Source: an uncultured Trueperaceae bacterium
GTDB taxonomy: Bacteria; Deinococcota; Deinococci; Deinococcales; Trueperaceae
NCBI GenBank assembly: GCA_963799485.1
Contig: CAWCXJ010000007.1
Location: 352,001 to 416,000 of the forward strand
DNA: 64,000 nucleotides
Direction of reading: 5' to 3'
How positions within the stretch are numbered: the first letter of the stretch is position 1; every line of letters begins with the position of its first letter. Positions 31,654 through 41,783 of the stretch are shown here, one piece after another. Made by a program: the position numbers and the translations under genes. The notes below the pieces were generated by a model. That model saw nothing but the letters and a program-made list of their open reading frames with translations. It was not told the origin of the DNA and did no database searches.

Positions 31654-32125
31654 ACCGGGTCACTATGACAGATTCGTTCGTTACAACACCTGGGCCAACC
31701 GCCGCACCGCTGAGATGCTGGCAGCTTTGCCTACAGACCGGCTAGCGCGGCCCCTGCTGCTTTTTAGTCACCTGCTGCGCGCCGAACGGGTGTGGCTGGC
31801 GCGTATTCAAGGTTCGCGTATTCAAGGTTTAAGTGCTGCGCCTGAGCTTTGGGAAACCGATTCGCTTACGGTTTGCCGGGAACGCCTCGAGGTGAACGCT
31901 GCGGCGTTTGAACTGCTACTGACGGGACTCGAGCCCGCAACCTTGACTCAGCCTACGCACTACGCGAATTCTCAGGGTACGCAGTACAGCACACCGCTCT
32001 CCGGCATCCTCGACCACGTTTTCAACCACAGCACGCATCACCGGGGTCAAGTGGCGCTGCTCGTGCGAGACGCCGGAGGGGTGCCGCAACCGCTCGACTT
32101 AATCATCTACCTTCGTCTCGGCTAA
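31646..32125 (+). CDS. DinB family protein
   Basis: YNTWAN, SHLL.AE.VW, HVFNHSTHHRGQ. Confidence 0.9.
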   Translation: MSEPGHYDRFVRYNTWANRRTAEMLAALPTDRLARPLLLFSHLLRAERVWLARIQGSRIQGLSAAPELWETDSLTVCRERLEVNAAAFELLLTGLEPATLTQPTHYANSQGTQYSTPLSGILDHVFNHSTHHRGQVALLVRDAGGVPQPLDLIIYLRLG

Positions 32126-33084
32126 TACCGCAAAAGCGCCGCACCCCACGCCAGACCCCCGCCGAACGCGCTCAACCCGACGGTATCGCCGCGTTTGATT
32201 AACCCCTTTCGCACCGCCAGGTCAAAGGCTAAAGGCACCGACGCCGCCGAGTTGTTGCCGTAATCGCGGATAGTGCTGATGACTTTTTCGGTAGGTACGC
32301 CGAGGGCTTCGGCAACAGCCGTGAGGATACGCTGGTTGGCCTGATGCGGGACGAGATAGTCCACATCGCCGATACTCAGGTCGCTTGCCGCCAAAACGTC
32401 CCGGATGGCCCCGGTCATCCCCCGAACTGCCAGCTGAAACACCGCCCGACCGTTCATCTTGATATGCGGCACTCTGCCCTCGGTCGCCGCGTGCGAGCCG
32501 CCACCGGAGACGTAGAGCTTGTCGTAGTGCACCCCGTCGCTGTACGAACGGCTTGCCAAAAGTCCGGGGGTATCGCTCCGTGAAAGCACGAACGCGCCGG
32601 CCCCGTCGCCGAACAAGATGCAGGTACCGCGGTCTTCGTAATCGACGATGCGTGACATGGTATCGGCCCCGACGACGAGCGCATGTTCGGCTGCGCCCGT
32701 GCGGATAAACTGCTCGGCGACCCCGAGGGCGGTCAAAAACCCTGCACAGGCAGCGTTTACGTCGAACGCGGCGAGGGGTTCACAGCCGAGCCGGTGTTGC
32801 AACTTGCACGCGACCGACGGGAAAACGTGGTCGGGCGTCGAGGTGCCGACGACGATAAGGCCTAACGCCGAAGGCTCGAGTCCAGCGCAAGCGAGCGCCG
32901 CCCGAGCCGCTTCATACGCCAAGTCCGAGGTAGCTTGCTCCGGTCCGGCGATGCGCCGTTCTGAGATACCGGTACGGGTGGTAATCCACTCATCGGACGT
33001 TTCGACCATGGTCTCGAGGTCGGCGTTGGTCAAACGCCCGGTCGGGACATACGATCCCGTTCCGGCAACCCTGACTTGATGCAC
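32122..33084 (-). CDS. fabH: Beta-ketoacyl-ACP synthase III
   Basis: TSDEWITTRTGI, AACAGF, FGDGAGA, PHQANQRI, GNNSAAS; GTG 33084 just after nfuA stop. Confidence 0.95.
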   Translation of the reverse strand: MHQVRVAGTGSYVPTGRLTNADLETMVETSDEWITTRTGISERRIAGPEQATSDLAYEAARAALACAGLEPSALGLIVVGTSTPDHVFPSVACKLQHRLGCEPLAAFDVNAACAGFLTALGVAEQFIRTGAAEHALVVGADTMSRIVDYEDRGTCILFGDGAGAFVLSRSDTPGLLASRSYSDGVHYDKLYVSGGGSHAATEGRVPHIKMNGRAVFQLAVRGMTGAIRDVLAASDLSIGDVDYLVPHQANQRILTAVAEALGVPTEKVISTIRDYGNNSAASVPLAFDLAVRKGLIKRGDTVGLSAFGGGLAWGAALLRY

Positions 33085-33088
33085 GCGC

Positions 33089-33676
33089 TTAGTCTTGCGC
33101 CAAAGGAGAGTTGCCGGTCTCCGAAGGGGCATAATAAGGGTTTGTCCCGGCGGCGTGGTCGGTAGCGTCGAGGACGCGTTTAAGCTCGGGTACGGCGCCC
33201 AAAATGGCCTCTTCGATACCACGGCGCAACGTCACGTCGGCTGCGCCGCACCCCTGACAGCCGCCGCCCAGACGTACATACGCCGCGTCTCCCGCGACTT
33301 TGACCAGTGCCACATGCCCGCCGTGACTGGCAACACCGGGGTTGACCTGTTGGTCGAGAACGTCTTGCACGCGCTGCGCCACGGGGTCGTCCCACCTGGG
33401 ACTGGGCCAGACAACGCGAAACCCGCTCTGCATCACGTCGTCTATAAAATCGACGGTTGCGCCCGCGAGCTGCTTGTGACTCATTGGGTCTAAAAAGACC
33501 TCGAAGCCGTCCATAGCAAGAACCTCGTCGTCGTCACGACGGTCGTCGGCTTTAACGAGCCAGAGTTTTTGCTCGGCTTTGGTGCCCGCGAGCCGCAAGG
33601 CGCTCACACCCTGTCCCCGTTGCAGGTCTAAAAAGTGTAAAACACGTTCGTGGGCCGTTTCGGTAAAGGTAATCAT
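33089..33676 (-). CDS. nfuA: Fe-S carrier NfuA (degenerate A-type domain plus NifU domain)
   Basis: VNPGVASHGG, GGGCQGC, DATDH.AG.NPYY; TAGACT 7 nt before ATG 33676. Confidence 0.88.
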   Translation of the reverse strand: MITFTETAHERVLHFLDLQRGQGVSALRLAGTKAEQKLWLVKADDRRDDDEVLAMDGFEVFLDPMSHKQLAGATVDFIDDVMQSGFRVVWPSPRWDDPVAQRVQDVLDQQVNPGVASHGGHVALVKVAGDAAYVRLGGGCQGCGAADVTLRRGIEEAILGAVPELKRVLDATDHAAGTNPYYAPSETGNSPLAQD

Positions 33677-33721
33677 TGCTCTTAGTCTACGGGCAAAAAC
33701 TCTGGAACTGTGCGTCAAGTC

Positions 33722-34348
33722 TTACGTGAAATCCATAAGTAGCAGGGCCGAGCCCTCGTGAAGTGTAACTACAAGAGGCTCGTCCGTCGTTTCATTCGAG
33801 ACGCCTAAACCGACGCCGAAGGGCAGCGCAGCGTTTGTAAGGGGGTAGCTGGGGCCTTCTAGACTAAGCCGTGACGCTTCTAAGCCAAGCACGCTGAAGG
33901 TTATTCCTGCCGGAATGTCCAGCGTAAGCGCGTCGCCCGCGCGAAGGGGATACGCAGCGCTATGCCCCGAATGCAACGTGACCTGATAGTGCTTTTGGTA
34001 ACGCACGGCGATAAAGAGCGCCGCGAGCGTCTGGTCGAGGCGTCCGCCGAGTGCGCCGACGATAAGAAGGTCGGTTGCGCTCCGCGCTACGGCTTCTTGC
34101 AGGGCTAACTCGAGGTCGAGCAAGTCTTTACGCGCGGGATGCGTTTGCCTGGGTATGTTCGGATAAAGTGCCAAATCCGTTTCAGTCGCCGAATCGAAAT
34201 CGCCGACGATAAGGTCGGGTGTGACCTCGAGCGCTAGCGCGTGCCGTACCCCGGAGTCGGCGGCAACGACGAAATCGGCATTTTTGCAGAGTTCTTTGAG
34301 TGTATCGGCAACAGTGATATCGCTCCCGGCAAGAACGAGCGCTTTCAT
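33722..34348 (-). CDS. thiN: Thiamine pyrophosphokinase
   Basis: AADSG, PDLIVGDFDS, KD.LDLELAL, GALGGRLD, GVSNE. Confidence 0.92.
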   Translation of the reverse strand: MKALVLAGSDITVADTLKELCKNADFVVAADSGVRHALALEVTPDLIVGDFDSATETDLALYPNIPRQTHPARKDLLDLELALQEAVARSATDLLIVGALGGRLDQTLAALFIAVRYQKHYQVTLHSGHSAAYPLRAGDALTLDIPAGITFSVLGLEASRLSLEGPSYPLTNAALPFGVGLGVSNETTDEPLVVTLHEGSALLLMDFT

Positions 34349-34352
34349 CTCA

Positions 34353-35123
34353 TCACGGTAGCGGGACGACGAGCCCGTCAGAGGCGTAACACAGACCTTC
34401 CGGCGCGGGGTTGCGGGTATCGACGCCGTGCCCCAAATGCGTCAGGAGGGTTCTTTTAGGGCTTAGTTCGGCGATCAGTGCAGCGGCTTCTCCTACGTCG
34501 TAGACGCTCCGGCTTGCTATCGGGGCAGTTTCGCGGTAGAAGCTCGAGCCTAGCACCAGCAGCTCGAGATTACGCCACGGCTCCAACTCTTTTAGGTCGA
34601 GGCAGTCGGGCATATAGCCCCAGGTTTTGCCCTTACGTTCAAACCGAAAGGCGTAGGCAAAGCCGTTAAAGCCGTGGGGAACACGGATGGCCTGAACCGC
34701 GTAGCCGCTGAAGGTGCGCGTGGTCGGCAGGCTTATAAACGGCGTCCGCGCCTGATAACTGTCCGACTTCAGATAGCCGAAGCGTGTTTCTAGTTGAGGC
34801 AGCACTTCTTCCGGCGCATAAACCGGACAGTTTCGACCCGTCCAGCGCCCCCAATCGGCAAGGTCGCCCAAACCCAACAAATGGTCGTTATGCGCGTGCG
34901 TGATAAGCGCAGCGCTAAACCCCTGCACGCCTTCCCTAGAACACTGCAGCCGCAGTTCGGGCGGCGCGTCGATGAGAACGCGCTCTTCCCCTTCGATAAC
35001 GGCTCCCGGACGGGTGCGGGCATTTTTACCTGTGCTTCTCGCCTCTTCACAAACGCGGCACCGGCACCACCAGCGCGGCACCCCTTGCGAGTCGGACGTT
35101 CCTAGAAAACGGAGCTGTGCCAT
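34353..35123 (-). CDS. MBL-fold metallohydrolase (PhnP/YycJ-like)
   Basis: FLGT..SQGVP..CRCRVC, THAHNDH, LTHLGH. Confidence 0.9.
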   Translation of the reverse strand: MAQLRFLGTSDSQGVPRWWCRCRVCEEARSTGKNARTRPGAVIEGEERVLIDAPPELRLQCSREGVQGFSAALITHAHNDHLLGLGDLADWGRWTGRNCPVYAPEEVLPQLETRFGYLKSDSYQARTPFISLPTTRTFSGYAVQAIRVPHGFNGFAYAFRFERKGKTWGYMPDCLDLKELEPWRNLELLVLGSSFYRETAPIASRSVYDVGEAAALIAELSPKRTLLTHLGHGVDTRNPAPEGLCYASDGLVVPLP

Positions 35124-35213
35124 AGTCCCAGCATACCCAGACGCGCTGAACGGCTCGCGGGTTGTGCCGCGCTCTGACGGTCGGCGGTCAGGGAGAACGG
35201 TATAATTTCGGGG

Positions 35214-35915
35214 ATGACACGCACTGTTTTGCTCTTGATGACACTTTCGGTTTTCGCTTCAGCTCAGCAAGCGCCGCAACTCGGCAACCGGGGCCAAAAC
35301 CCCCGAGCCGAAGAGATTTTGCGAACCGCCTGCACCGTTTCCCGCTACGACGACCCCGACGAGCCGCGACGCGAAGGCCGCGTGTGGGACGAAGAGTACG
35401 CCCGCAGACGCGCCTACAACGCGGTGATGCCGGAGTTTTTTGCGGCGGTGCCGCTAAAGCGCGACGCTGAACTCCTGATGCCCGTCGAGGGCGTTACGCT
35501 CAGTCAGGTTGCCGACACCTGGGGCGCAGCCCGCAGTGAGGGGCGCAGTCACGAAGGCACCGACATCTTTGCTCCTGACGGCACGCCGGTCTACTCCGCG
35601 ACCCCCGGTTACGTCTACCGTATCGGCACCAATCCGTATGGCGGCAACGTCGTCACGGTGATGGGCGGCGCGGGCGTGCGCTACTACTACGCGCACCTCT
35701 CGGCCTTTAACGACGACGTGCAAGAAGGGCAGTACGTCACGTCTGATACGGTGCTGGGTTACGTCGGCAATACCGGCAACGCCAGCGCGACCCCGCCGCA
35801 CCTGCACTTCGGGGTCTACCCCGGCCCTTATGAAACGTGCGCGTGGGAGGCGGAAAACCCTTACGGTTTGCTCTCCGACCGGGACTGGCAAAAACAGAGC
35901 AGCAACGCGCCGTAA
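35214..35915 (+). CDS. Secreted M23 family metallopeptidase
   Basis: Signal peptide; HEGTD, YAHL, HLHF. Confidence 0.92.
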   Translation: MTRTVLLLMTLSVFASAQQAPQLGNRGQNPRAEEILRTACTVSRYDDPDEPRREGRVWDEEYARRRAYNAVMPEFFAAVPLKRDAELLMPVEGVTLSQVADTWGAARSEGRSHEGTDIFAPDGTPVYSATPGYVYRIGTNPYGGNVVTVMGGAGVRYYYAHLSAFNDDVQEGQYVTSDTVLGYVGNTGNASATPPHLHFGVYPGPYETCAWEAENPYGLLSDRDWQKQSSNAP

Positions 35916-35978
35916 GTCGTCTTTTACGGTTGTCGTCTGTCGTCTTCCAGGGCCGAAGCTTATGGTACAAGCTTCTAG

Positions 35979-36656
35979 ATGAAGGCGTTTTGGTGTGGGT
36001 TTCGCGCGATGCTGCCCCTGTGGTTGGGCCTGATTCCTTTTGGGGCAGCCTACGCGGTATCGGCAAGGGGGGCGGGTCTGAACCTTTTTGAAACGCAGCT
36101 GATGAGCCTCGTCGTTTTTTCGGGTGGCGCACAGTTCAGTGCGGCAGGACTTTTTGCCGTCAACGCTTCACCTTTAACGATTATCGCGACGACGTTCTTG
36201 ATCAATGTGCGGCATCTGCTTTATGGGATTTCGCTCGGTCGGCTCATCCCGCTCGGCGTGCGCGAACGTTTTTTAGCCGCACATCTATTGACCGATGAAG
36301 CTTACGGCGTGACGTTTTCAAGCTCACAACGCTCAGCCCGGTTTTTTACGGGGGCGGGCTCGAGCCTCTACTTCATCTGGAACTCGAGCACGCTTTTGGG
36401 GGCGCTGCTGAGCGGCCTCGCTCCCGACCCGGCGGCCTTGGGCATCGACTTTATCTTTCCGCTGGCGTTTTTGGCGCTCCTGATTCCGCTGCTCAAAAGC
36501 TGGCCTGCACTGGCGGTTGCCGTGTTCGCCGGGTTCGTCGCGCTTTTTACGGCGCAAACCATGAACACGGGGCTGGCGGTTTTGCTGGCGGGCGTTCTTG
36601 CCCCGCTTTTAGGTGCTTACCTGACCGGAGCTAAAAACAGAGCCAAAACGGCGTGA
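35979..36656 (+). CDS. azlC: AzlC-family branched-chain amino acid exporter
   Basis: MS..VFSGGAQF, NVRHLLY, LTDEAY. Confidence 0.9.
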   Translation: MKAFWCGFRAMLPLWLGLIPFGAAYAVSARGAGLNLFETQLMSLVVFSGGAQFSAAGLFAVNASPLTIIATTFLINVRHLLYGISLGRLIPLGVRERFLAAHLLTDEAYGVTFSSSQRSARFFTGAGSSLYFIWNSSTLLGALLSGLAPDPAALGIDFIFPLAFLALLIPLLKSWPALAVAVFAGFVALFTAQTMNTGLAVLLAGVLAPLLGAYLTGAKNRAKTA

Positions 36657-36940
36657 CCGTCCTGACGATTTTGCTGATGGCGCTCGTGACCTACGGGCCG
36701 CGTTTAGCCGGGTTGTCACTCGCCAAGGTCAGCTTGCCGCCCTTTTGGACGCGTTTTTTACAGTTTGTTCCGGTCTCCGTATTCGCTGCACTTGTCGTGC
36801 CGGCTTTGCCAAGTCCCGGCGAAACCCCGGTTCGGCTCGTGGCGGCGGGGGTTGCGGCGCTGGTACTGTGGCGGGTACGGTCGCTGTGGTTCGGGCTTCT
36901 GGTCGGCATGGTGGTTTTTTGGGGGCTGCGGACGCTCTGA
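36653..36940 (+). CDS. azlD: AzlD-family small membrane subunit
   Basis: MALVTY.PR, FL.FVP..VFAALV; coupled to azlC. Confidence 0.88.
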   Translation: MTVLTILLMALVTYGPRLAGLSLAKVSLPPFWTRFLQFVPVSVFAALVVPALPSPGETPVRLVAAGVAALVLWRVRSLWFGLLVGMVVFWGLRTL

Positions 36941-37111
36941 AACGGTCCTTGTGAGCTTTTTTTAACAAATTTCAGCTAAGGTGACGCCCTGAAAGCTGCG
37001 AGCAGCACGCCGACGTTATAGTAGAAGCGGTGACCGGCGTGTCAGTCTGGCTGCGTCGGTCGTGGTGTTTGTGGCACACTGCTCGGTGTGTCTGCTTATG
37101 GAGGAAAGAAC

Positions 37112-38080
37112 GTGAGACCCATCTTTATCTTTGGCTGTGAACGAAGCGGGACAACCCTGCTGGGGTCGCTTTTGGGTTCGCACAGCCGCTGCCTCGCTAC
37201 CCCGGAAGCCGAGTTTGTTGCCGACGCTTACAGGCAACATCTGGCTCGAGACGCGGGATTCGACCTGATCGGCACACTAAACCGGATTAAACATAACTTC
37301 CGCTTCCAGCTCTGGAATATCGATGTTTCGGCCCAAGCAGCCGAGCGTGCCGGGGTCACTTCTTACAAAGAGCTGATCGGCTACTTGTTTGCGACCTACG
37401 CGGCCGGTGTGGGAAAAGATGCGGATATTTGGATCGACCACACGCCTACTAACGTCAGGGCTGCAGCAATGCTGAGCGAGCTTTTCCCGGAAGCAAAATT
37501 TATCCATCTCGTCCGCGATGGTCGCGCCGTCGTCTCTTCGATCAAGTCGCTCGACTGGGGCGTGCACGCCACGCGGCAACTAAGCCAGCAGTGGGTTATG
37601 AAAGTCGGCTATGGGCTTGCCGCCGAAGGCTACTTAGGCCCGGAAAGATCGTTACGGGTAAGTTACGAAGCGCTTACGAGTTCTACCGAACAGACGTTGC
37701 GGACGATCTGCAGCTTTGCCGAACTGAGCTATGAAGCCGAGATGACCGCAGGTGCGGGTTTTTCGGTTCCCAAATACACCGAGAAGCAGCACAGTCTGGT
37801 CGGTACGCCGCCCGACCCGGCCAGAGCCAACGCCTGGATGAAACGCCTTTCACCCCAAGACGTTCAGACGTTTGAACACAGCAGCCGCGATATGCTCATC
37901 TATCTTGGGTACGAACCGCTCTACGGTGCCGGGGCTAAGGCCGAAGCAAATATAGAAAGGTACAAAGCCCTGCTAGCAGACGTATTGTGGTACCGCTGGC
38001 GCGACAGCTACAAAACGCGGCAAAAACAGAAGCGGGCGTTAGCAGGGCTCCGCGCTCAGGGATTTCTCAACCGAAAATAG
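37112..38080 (+). CDS. Sulfotransferase family protein
   Basis: PIFIFGCERSGTT (5'-PSB) and RDGRAVVSS (3'-PB); SD GGAGG before GTG 37112. Confidence 0.9.
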   Translation: MRPIFIFGCERSGTTLLGSLLGSHSRCLATPEAEFVADAYRQHLARDAGFDLIGTLNRIKHNFRFQLWNIDVSAQAAERAGVTSYKELIGYLFATYAAGVGKDADIWIDHTPTNVRAAAMLSELFPEAKFIHLVRDGRAVVSSIKSLDWGVHATRQLSQQWVMKVGYGLAAEGYLGPERSLRVSYEALTSSTEQTLRTICSFAELSYEAEMTAGAGFSVPKYTEKQHSLVGTPPDPARANAWMKRLSPQDVQTFEHSSRDMLIYLGYEPLYGAGAKAEANIERYKALLADVLWYRWRDSYKTRQKQKRALAGLRAQGFLNRK

Positions 38081-38102
38081 CTTAGTTTACGGGGCAAAAG
38101 GT

Positions 38103-38939
38103 TCAGTTTAGGCGGCGCGCTCTAAGTGCGGCAAAAAGTGGAATATCGAGCGTTTCTTTTTTGGTCGTCTTCTCCACGTTCGGGTCGGGGAGTTCATCCA
38201 AGCGCTCTACAAAAAATCCTAATTCACTCAGTGTATTGACGTATTCACTTAACGGCCTGTGAAAACTCATCGTCGTCCCCGAAGCTCGAGCCGACACTTC
38301 CGCGTACGCCTTCATCGGTACTTCACGCGCGGTCAGGTACGAGTCCACCCGCCGGTACGTCAGCTTGCGCCCCGGATCGAAGCCCCAGCCGCTCTGACGC
38401 GGCACTCTAAACGCCGGATGCAGCATAAAAATCACGATGCGCGAGGCTGGTTTAAGCGCCCACGCCGCCGCCGCCAACACCTCGCCTAGCGGGTTCATGT
38501 CCTGGATGCTGAGCATAAACACGGCAACGTCGGCGCTTTCAGCTTTCAGCTCTGGCAGAGAGCTGAGTTTGCGTGCGTCACCCACGATAAACTGTGCTTT
38601 GCCACCCGCGTTCTCGCCGTGATGTTTACGGGCGAGCCCGACGAGCGTTCGGCTACCGTCTACACCTTGATACCTTGCGCCTCTTTTGAGCACGTGCGGC
38701 GCTAACACGCCCTGACCGCAGCCGATATCGAGCAGCAGTTGACCGGGTTGCGGGTCGGCCAGCTCCAAAACCGTCGGCAGCGCGACCGCCCGGTGGTACA
38801 AGCTGCCCTTTTTACCGACCCAGCCGTTGTACCACTTGGCCACCGGGTCCCAGTGCGTTTGACGCTCGAGCCTGGGCTTAAACTTTTTATTCGGTTTGGT
38901 GCTCAAAAAAACCCCGTACAATCGCCGTAAAATAGACAC
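38103..38939 (-). CDS. Class I SAM-dependent methyltransferase
   Basis: LLDIGCGQG, GVDGS, GDAR, HPAFR, FHRPLS.Y. Confidence 0.88.
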   Translation of the reverse strand: MSILRRLYGVFLSTKPNKKFKPRLERQTHWDPVAKWYNGWVGKKGSLYHRAVALPTVLELADPQPGQLLLDIGCGQGVLAPHVLKRGARYQGVDGSRTLVGLARKHHGENAGGKAQFIVGDARKLSSLPELKAESADVAVFMLSIQDMNPLGEVLAAAAWALKPASRIVIFMLHPAFRVPRQSGWGFDPGRKLTYRRVDSYLTAREVPMKAYAEVSARASGTTMSFHRPLSEYVNTLSELGFFVERLDELPDPNVEKTTKKETLDIPLFAALRARRLN

Positions 38940-39002
38940 CAGCGTATCACGGAGCGTGTTTTACGGCGGTAGTGAAGGGCAGGAGCCCGTACACTTAGGC
39001 GT

Positions 39003-39521
39003 ATGCAGCAGAGTGAAGTGCTTTTTATCGGTGGGCGTTCGGGCGTCGGTAAATCCAGAGTGGCCTTTGAGCTACACGAACAGCTTTTTATACGTGAGGT
39101 CAAGCACTGCGTTATCGAAGGCGACAATCTCGACTTGGCTTACCCGCCGCCGTGGGAGCAGGGACACAAGCTGGCAGAGCAAAACCTTGCGGCGATGTGG
39201 ACGAACTACCGCGCGCTGGGGTACCGGCGCGTCATCTACACGAACACTGTCAGCGTCCTCGAGGCCGAAGGTCTAAGCGCCGCGATGGGCGATGACCCTC
39301 TGGTCAAAGGTGTTTTGCTGAGAGCGTCTGACGACACCGTAAAAGGAAGGCTCGAGGGGCGCGAATCGGCCTCTACACTGCAAGCTCACCTCGAGCGCAG
39401 CCGTTTACGGGCGCACGAACTCGAGCGGCAAACCCCGCCCTGGGTCTGGCGAATCAACACGGACAACAAAGACAGCGCTGCGGTTGCAGGCGAGATTTTA
39501 GAGCTGCTCAACTGGACGTGA
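39003..39521 (+). CDS. Small P-loop kinase-like protein
   Basis: Walker A GGRSGVGKS; TACACT 7 nt before ATG. Confidence 0.8.
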   Translation: MQQSEVLFIGGRSGVGKSRVAFELHEQLFIREVKHCVIEGDNLDLAYPPPWEQGHKLAEQNLAAMWTNYRALGYRRVIYTNTVSVLEAEGLSAAMGDDPLVKGVLLRASDDTVKGRLEGRESASTLQAHLERSRLRAHELERQTPPWVWRINTDNKDSAAVAGEILELLNWT

Positions 39522-39553
39522 CCCGTACAAAAGAGCATTTTCCCAAAGAGGGC

Positions 39554-39582
39554 TTGACATTTTTACTTTACTCGGCTAATCT
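39554..39582 (+). promoter_or_regulatory. SigA-type promoter of the leader/ABC operon
   Basis: TTGACA-17bp-TAATCT. Confidence 0.8.
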
Positions 39583-39626
39583 CATGAAGCCTACTAAAAG
39601 GCGACCTCAGAAAGGAGCGGTGCCAG

Positions 39627-39734
39627 ATGAAACAGTTTATCGCTGATACGACCAGCCTCATTCTCGCCGCTTTCTTGTCCCGTGCGCTCGGCGACAACGT
39701 GCCGCTTGCACAGGAGAGGTCTGCCCAGACGTAG
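39627..39734 (+). CDS. Putative 35-aa leader peptide
   Basis: SD AAGGAG; MKQFIADTTSLILAAFLSRALGDNVPLAQERSAQT; lies between promoter and terminator. Confidence 0.6.
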   Translation: MKQFIADTTSLILAAFLSRALGDNVPLAQERSAQT

Positions 39735-39750
39735 CCGTTTAAGATTTTCC

Positions 39751-39790
39751 GAGGCCGTGGGAGACCAAACCGTCCCCACGGCCTTTTTTT
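39751..39790 (+). terminator. Leader (attenuator) terminator upstream of the ABC exporter
   Basis: GGCCGTGGG(A)GAC/GTCCCCACGGCC followed by T7. Confidence 0.85.
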
Positions 39791-39849
39791 GCTCTCTTAC
39801 CTCGGAGTCGGCCCAGGGGAAGCAAGAGGATGACCCCTTAGGAAAAACG

Positions 39850-39999
39850 ATGCCGAAACCCCGAAAAATTGCCCTCACTCTGCTTACCCACAATTTTCCT
39901 AGCCTCGAGTCTCTAGCCCCGTCCCCCGTAAAAAGGCCGAGGCGCGACCTGAGCTGGCTTGCTACCCTGCACCTGTCTAAACGTGGAGACCCAACATGA
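39850..39999 (+). CDS. Possible 49-aa small protein coupled to the ABC gene
   Basis: AGGA before ATG 39850; its stop overlaps the next start as ATGA. Confidence 0.35.
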   Translation: MPKPRKIALTLLTHNFPSLESLAPSPVKRPRRDLSWLATLHLSKRGDPT

Positions 40000-41783
40000 T
40001 TCCGCTGGCCCGTTACGCCAAACTTTTAGGTCGCTATCTGCGCCCGCAGTGGCGCACCGCCGCGCTGATGGCTGGGCTTCTGCTCATCAGCATCGGCTTG
40101 CAACTCGTCGTGCCGCAGATTTTACGGTTTTTTATCGACACGGCGCAGGCGGGAGGGAGTCTCGAGTCGCTGACCCGCGCCGCCCTGCTCTTTTTAGCTG
40201 TCGCAGTAGTGACGCAGCTTCTAAGCGCCGCCGCAACCTATTTTGCCGCCGCTGTCGGCTGGACGGCGACGAACGCCATGCGCGAAGACCTGGCGCGGCA
40301 CTGTCTGGGGCTCGATATGAGCTTTCACACCGCCCGCACTCCCGGTGAACTCATCGAACGCATCGACGGAGACGTAACGGCGCTGTCGAACTTTTTCTCG
40401 CAGTTTTCGGTACGGGTTTTCGGCGGGGCGCTGATGCTCGCGGGGATTCTGGTGATTTTGTGGCTCGAGAGTCCCCCCGTCGGGATTGCCTTAACACTTT
40501 TTACCCTTGCCGTCTTTGCCGCGCTTTTTCTCACCCGTAACGTCGCCGTTGCCGCCACCAAAGATGAACGCGAATCGAGTGCCCAGCTTTTCGGCTTTGT
40601 CGAAGAGCGCCTGGCAGGGCTTGACGACCTCCGCGCCAACGGCGGCGGCGACTACGCCATGCAGAGCTTTACGCATGTCGCCCGCAGCTTCTTTTTCCGG
40701 GGTCGCCGCGCCTGGATGAAGCGCTCGTCGGTGTGGATGCTCTCTTACGGGCTGTTTACGGTCGGTGATCTGATTACTTTGGGCGCAGCGATTTATCTCT
40801 TTCAGCAAGGCAGCATCACGTTAGGGACGGCGTATCTGTTCTTTACTTACATGTTGATGTTGGAGGAGCCCATCGAGCAGATTACCCAGCAGATGCAGGA
40901 GTTGCAAAAAGCCGGGGCCGGAATCGGGCGTATCGATGAACTTTTTACGCTAAAAAGCGAGTTGCCGAAGGGCCGAGATGTGACGCTGCCGGAGGGCGCG
41001 TTGCCGCTCAGTTTTGAGCGGTTGGGGTTTGCGTATGGCGACAAACGCATTTTGGACGCGGTGACGTTTCGCTTGGGGGCCGGTAAGGTTTTAGGTTTAC
41101 TGGGCCGTACCGGGAGCGGGAAAACGACCCTGACTCGCTTGATATTCAGGCTTTACGACCCGACTTCAGGAAGTGTCAATCTCGGCGGGATAGATACGCG
41201 GGACGCCCTGCCCGAATCTTTACGCGAGCGCGTCGGCATGGTTACGCAAGAAGTGCAGCTCTTTCACGCCTCGGTACGCGACAACCTGACCTTTTTCGGC
41301 GAGGACATCCCGGACGAGCGCATCGAAACGGTGCTGCGCGACCTCGGTTTGGGCAGTTGGCTGGAAGGCCTGGAAAACGGTCTGGACACGACGCTGGCGG
41401 CGAGTGGTGGCGGACTTTCGGCGGGGCAAGCGCAGCTGTTGGCGTTTGCCCGAGTGTTCCTCAAAGACCCCGGTCTGGTCATCCTGGACGAACCTTCATC
41501 CCGCCTCGACCCGGCCACCGAAAAGCTCTTGGAACGCGCCGTAGACAAGCTTTTACAGGGCCGCACGGCGATTATCATCGCGCACAGGCTCGCGACCGTC
41601 CGCCGCGCCGACGACATCCTCATCTTAAAAGACGGGCGCATTCTAGAACACGGCGCACGTCAGGCACTGCTGCGCTCGGATTCGCACTTTGCCCGCCTCT
41701 TGCAAGCCGGGGGACACTCCGATTTGGACGACCCGGAAGTGTTGGAAGACAGGCTCGAGGACACGCTTAAGGAACCCGTATGA
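39996..41783 (+). CDS. ABC exporter, TMD-NBD subunit 1
   Basis: Multi-TM domain; [27 protein letters not shown]. Confidence 0.95.
   Translation: MIPLARYAKLLGRYLRPQWRTAALMAGLLLISIGLQLVVPQILRFFIDTAQAGGSLESLTRAALLFLAVAVVTQLLSAAATYFAAAVGWTATNAMREDLARHCLGLDMSFHTARTPGELIERIDGDVTALSNFFSQFSVRVFGGALMLAGILVILWLESPPVGIALTLFTLAVFAALFLTRNVAVAATKDERESSAQLFGFVEERLAGLDDLRANGGGDYAMQSFTHVARSFFFRGRRAWMKRSSVWMLSYGLFTVGDLITLGAAIYLFQQGSITLGTAYLFFTYMLMLEEPIEQITQQMQELQKAGAGIGRIDELFTLKSELPKGRDVTLPEGALPLSFERLGFAYGDKRILDAVTFRLGAGKVLGLLGRTGSGKTTLTRLIFRLYDPTSGSVNLGGIDTRDALPESLRERVGMVTQEVQLFHASVRDNLTFFGEDIPDERIETVLRDLGLGSWLEGLENGLDTTLAASGGGLSAGQAQLLAFARVFLKDPGLVILDEPSSRLDPATEKLLERAVDKLLQGRTAIIIAHRLATVRRADDILILKDGRILEHGARQALLRSDSHFARLLQAGGHSDLDDPEVLEDRLEDTLKEPV

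Noticed and set aside
33722..35160. TPP riboswitch near thiN
   Set aside because: thiN is internal to an operon whose first gene appears leaderless, and no TPP aptamer core was seen.
39003..39521. APS kinase supplying PAPS to the nearby sulfotransferase
   Set aside because: Only a Walker A motif is evident, CysC-specific motifs are not recognisable, and the genes are not co-transcribed.
39584..39646. Leaderless 20-aa ORF MKPTKRRPQKGAVPDETVYR
   Set aside because: Its ATG is 1 nt after the -10 box, upstream of the expected transcription start.
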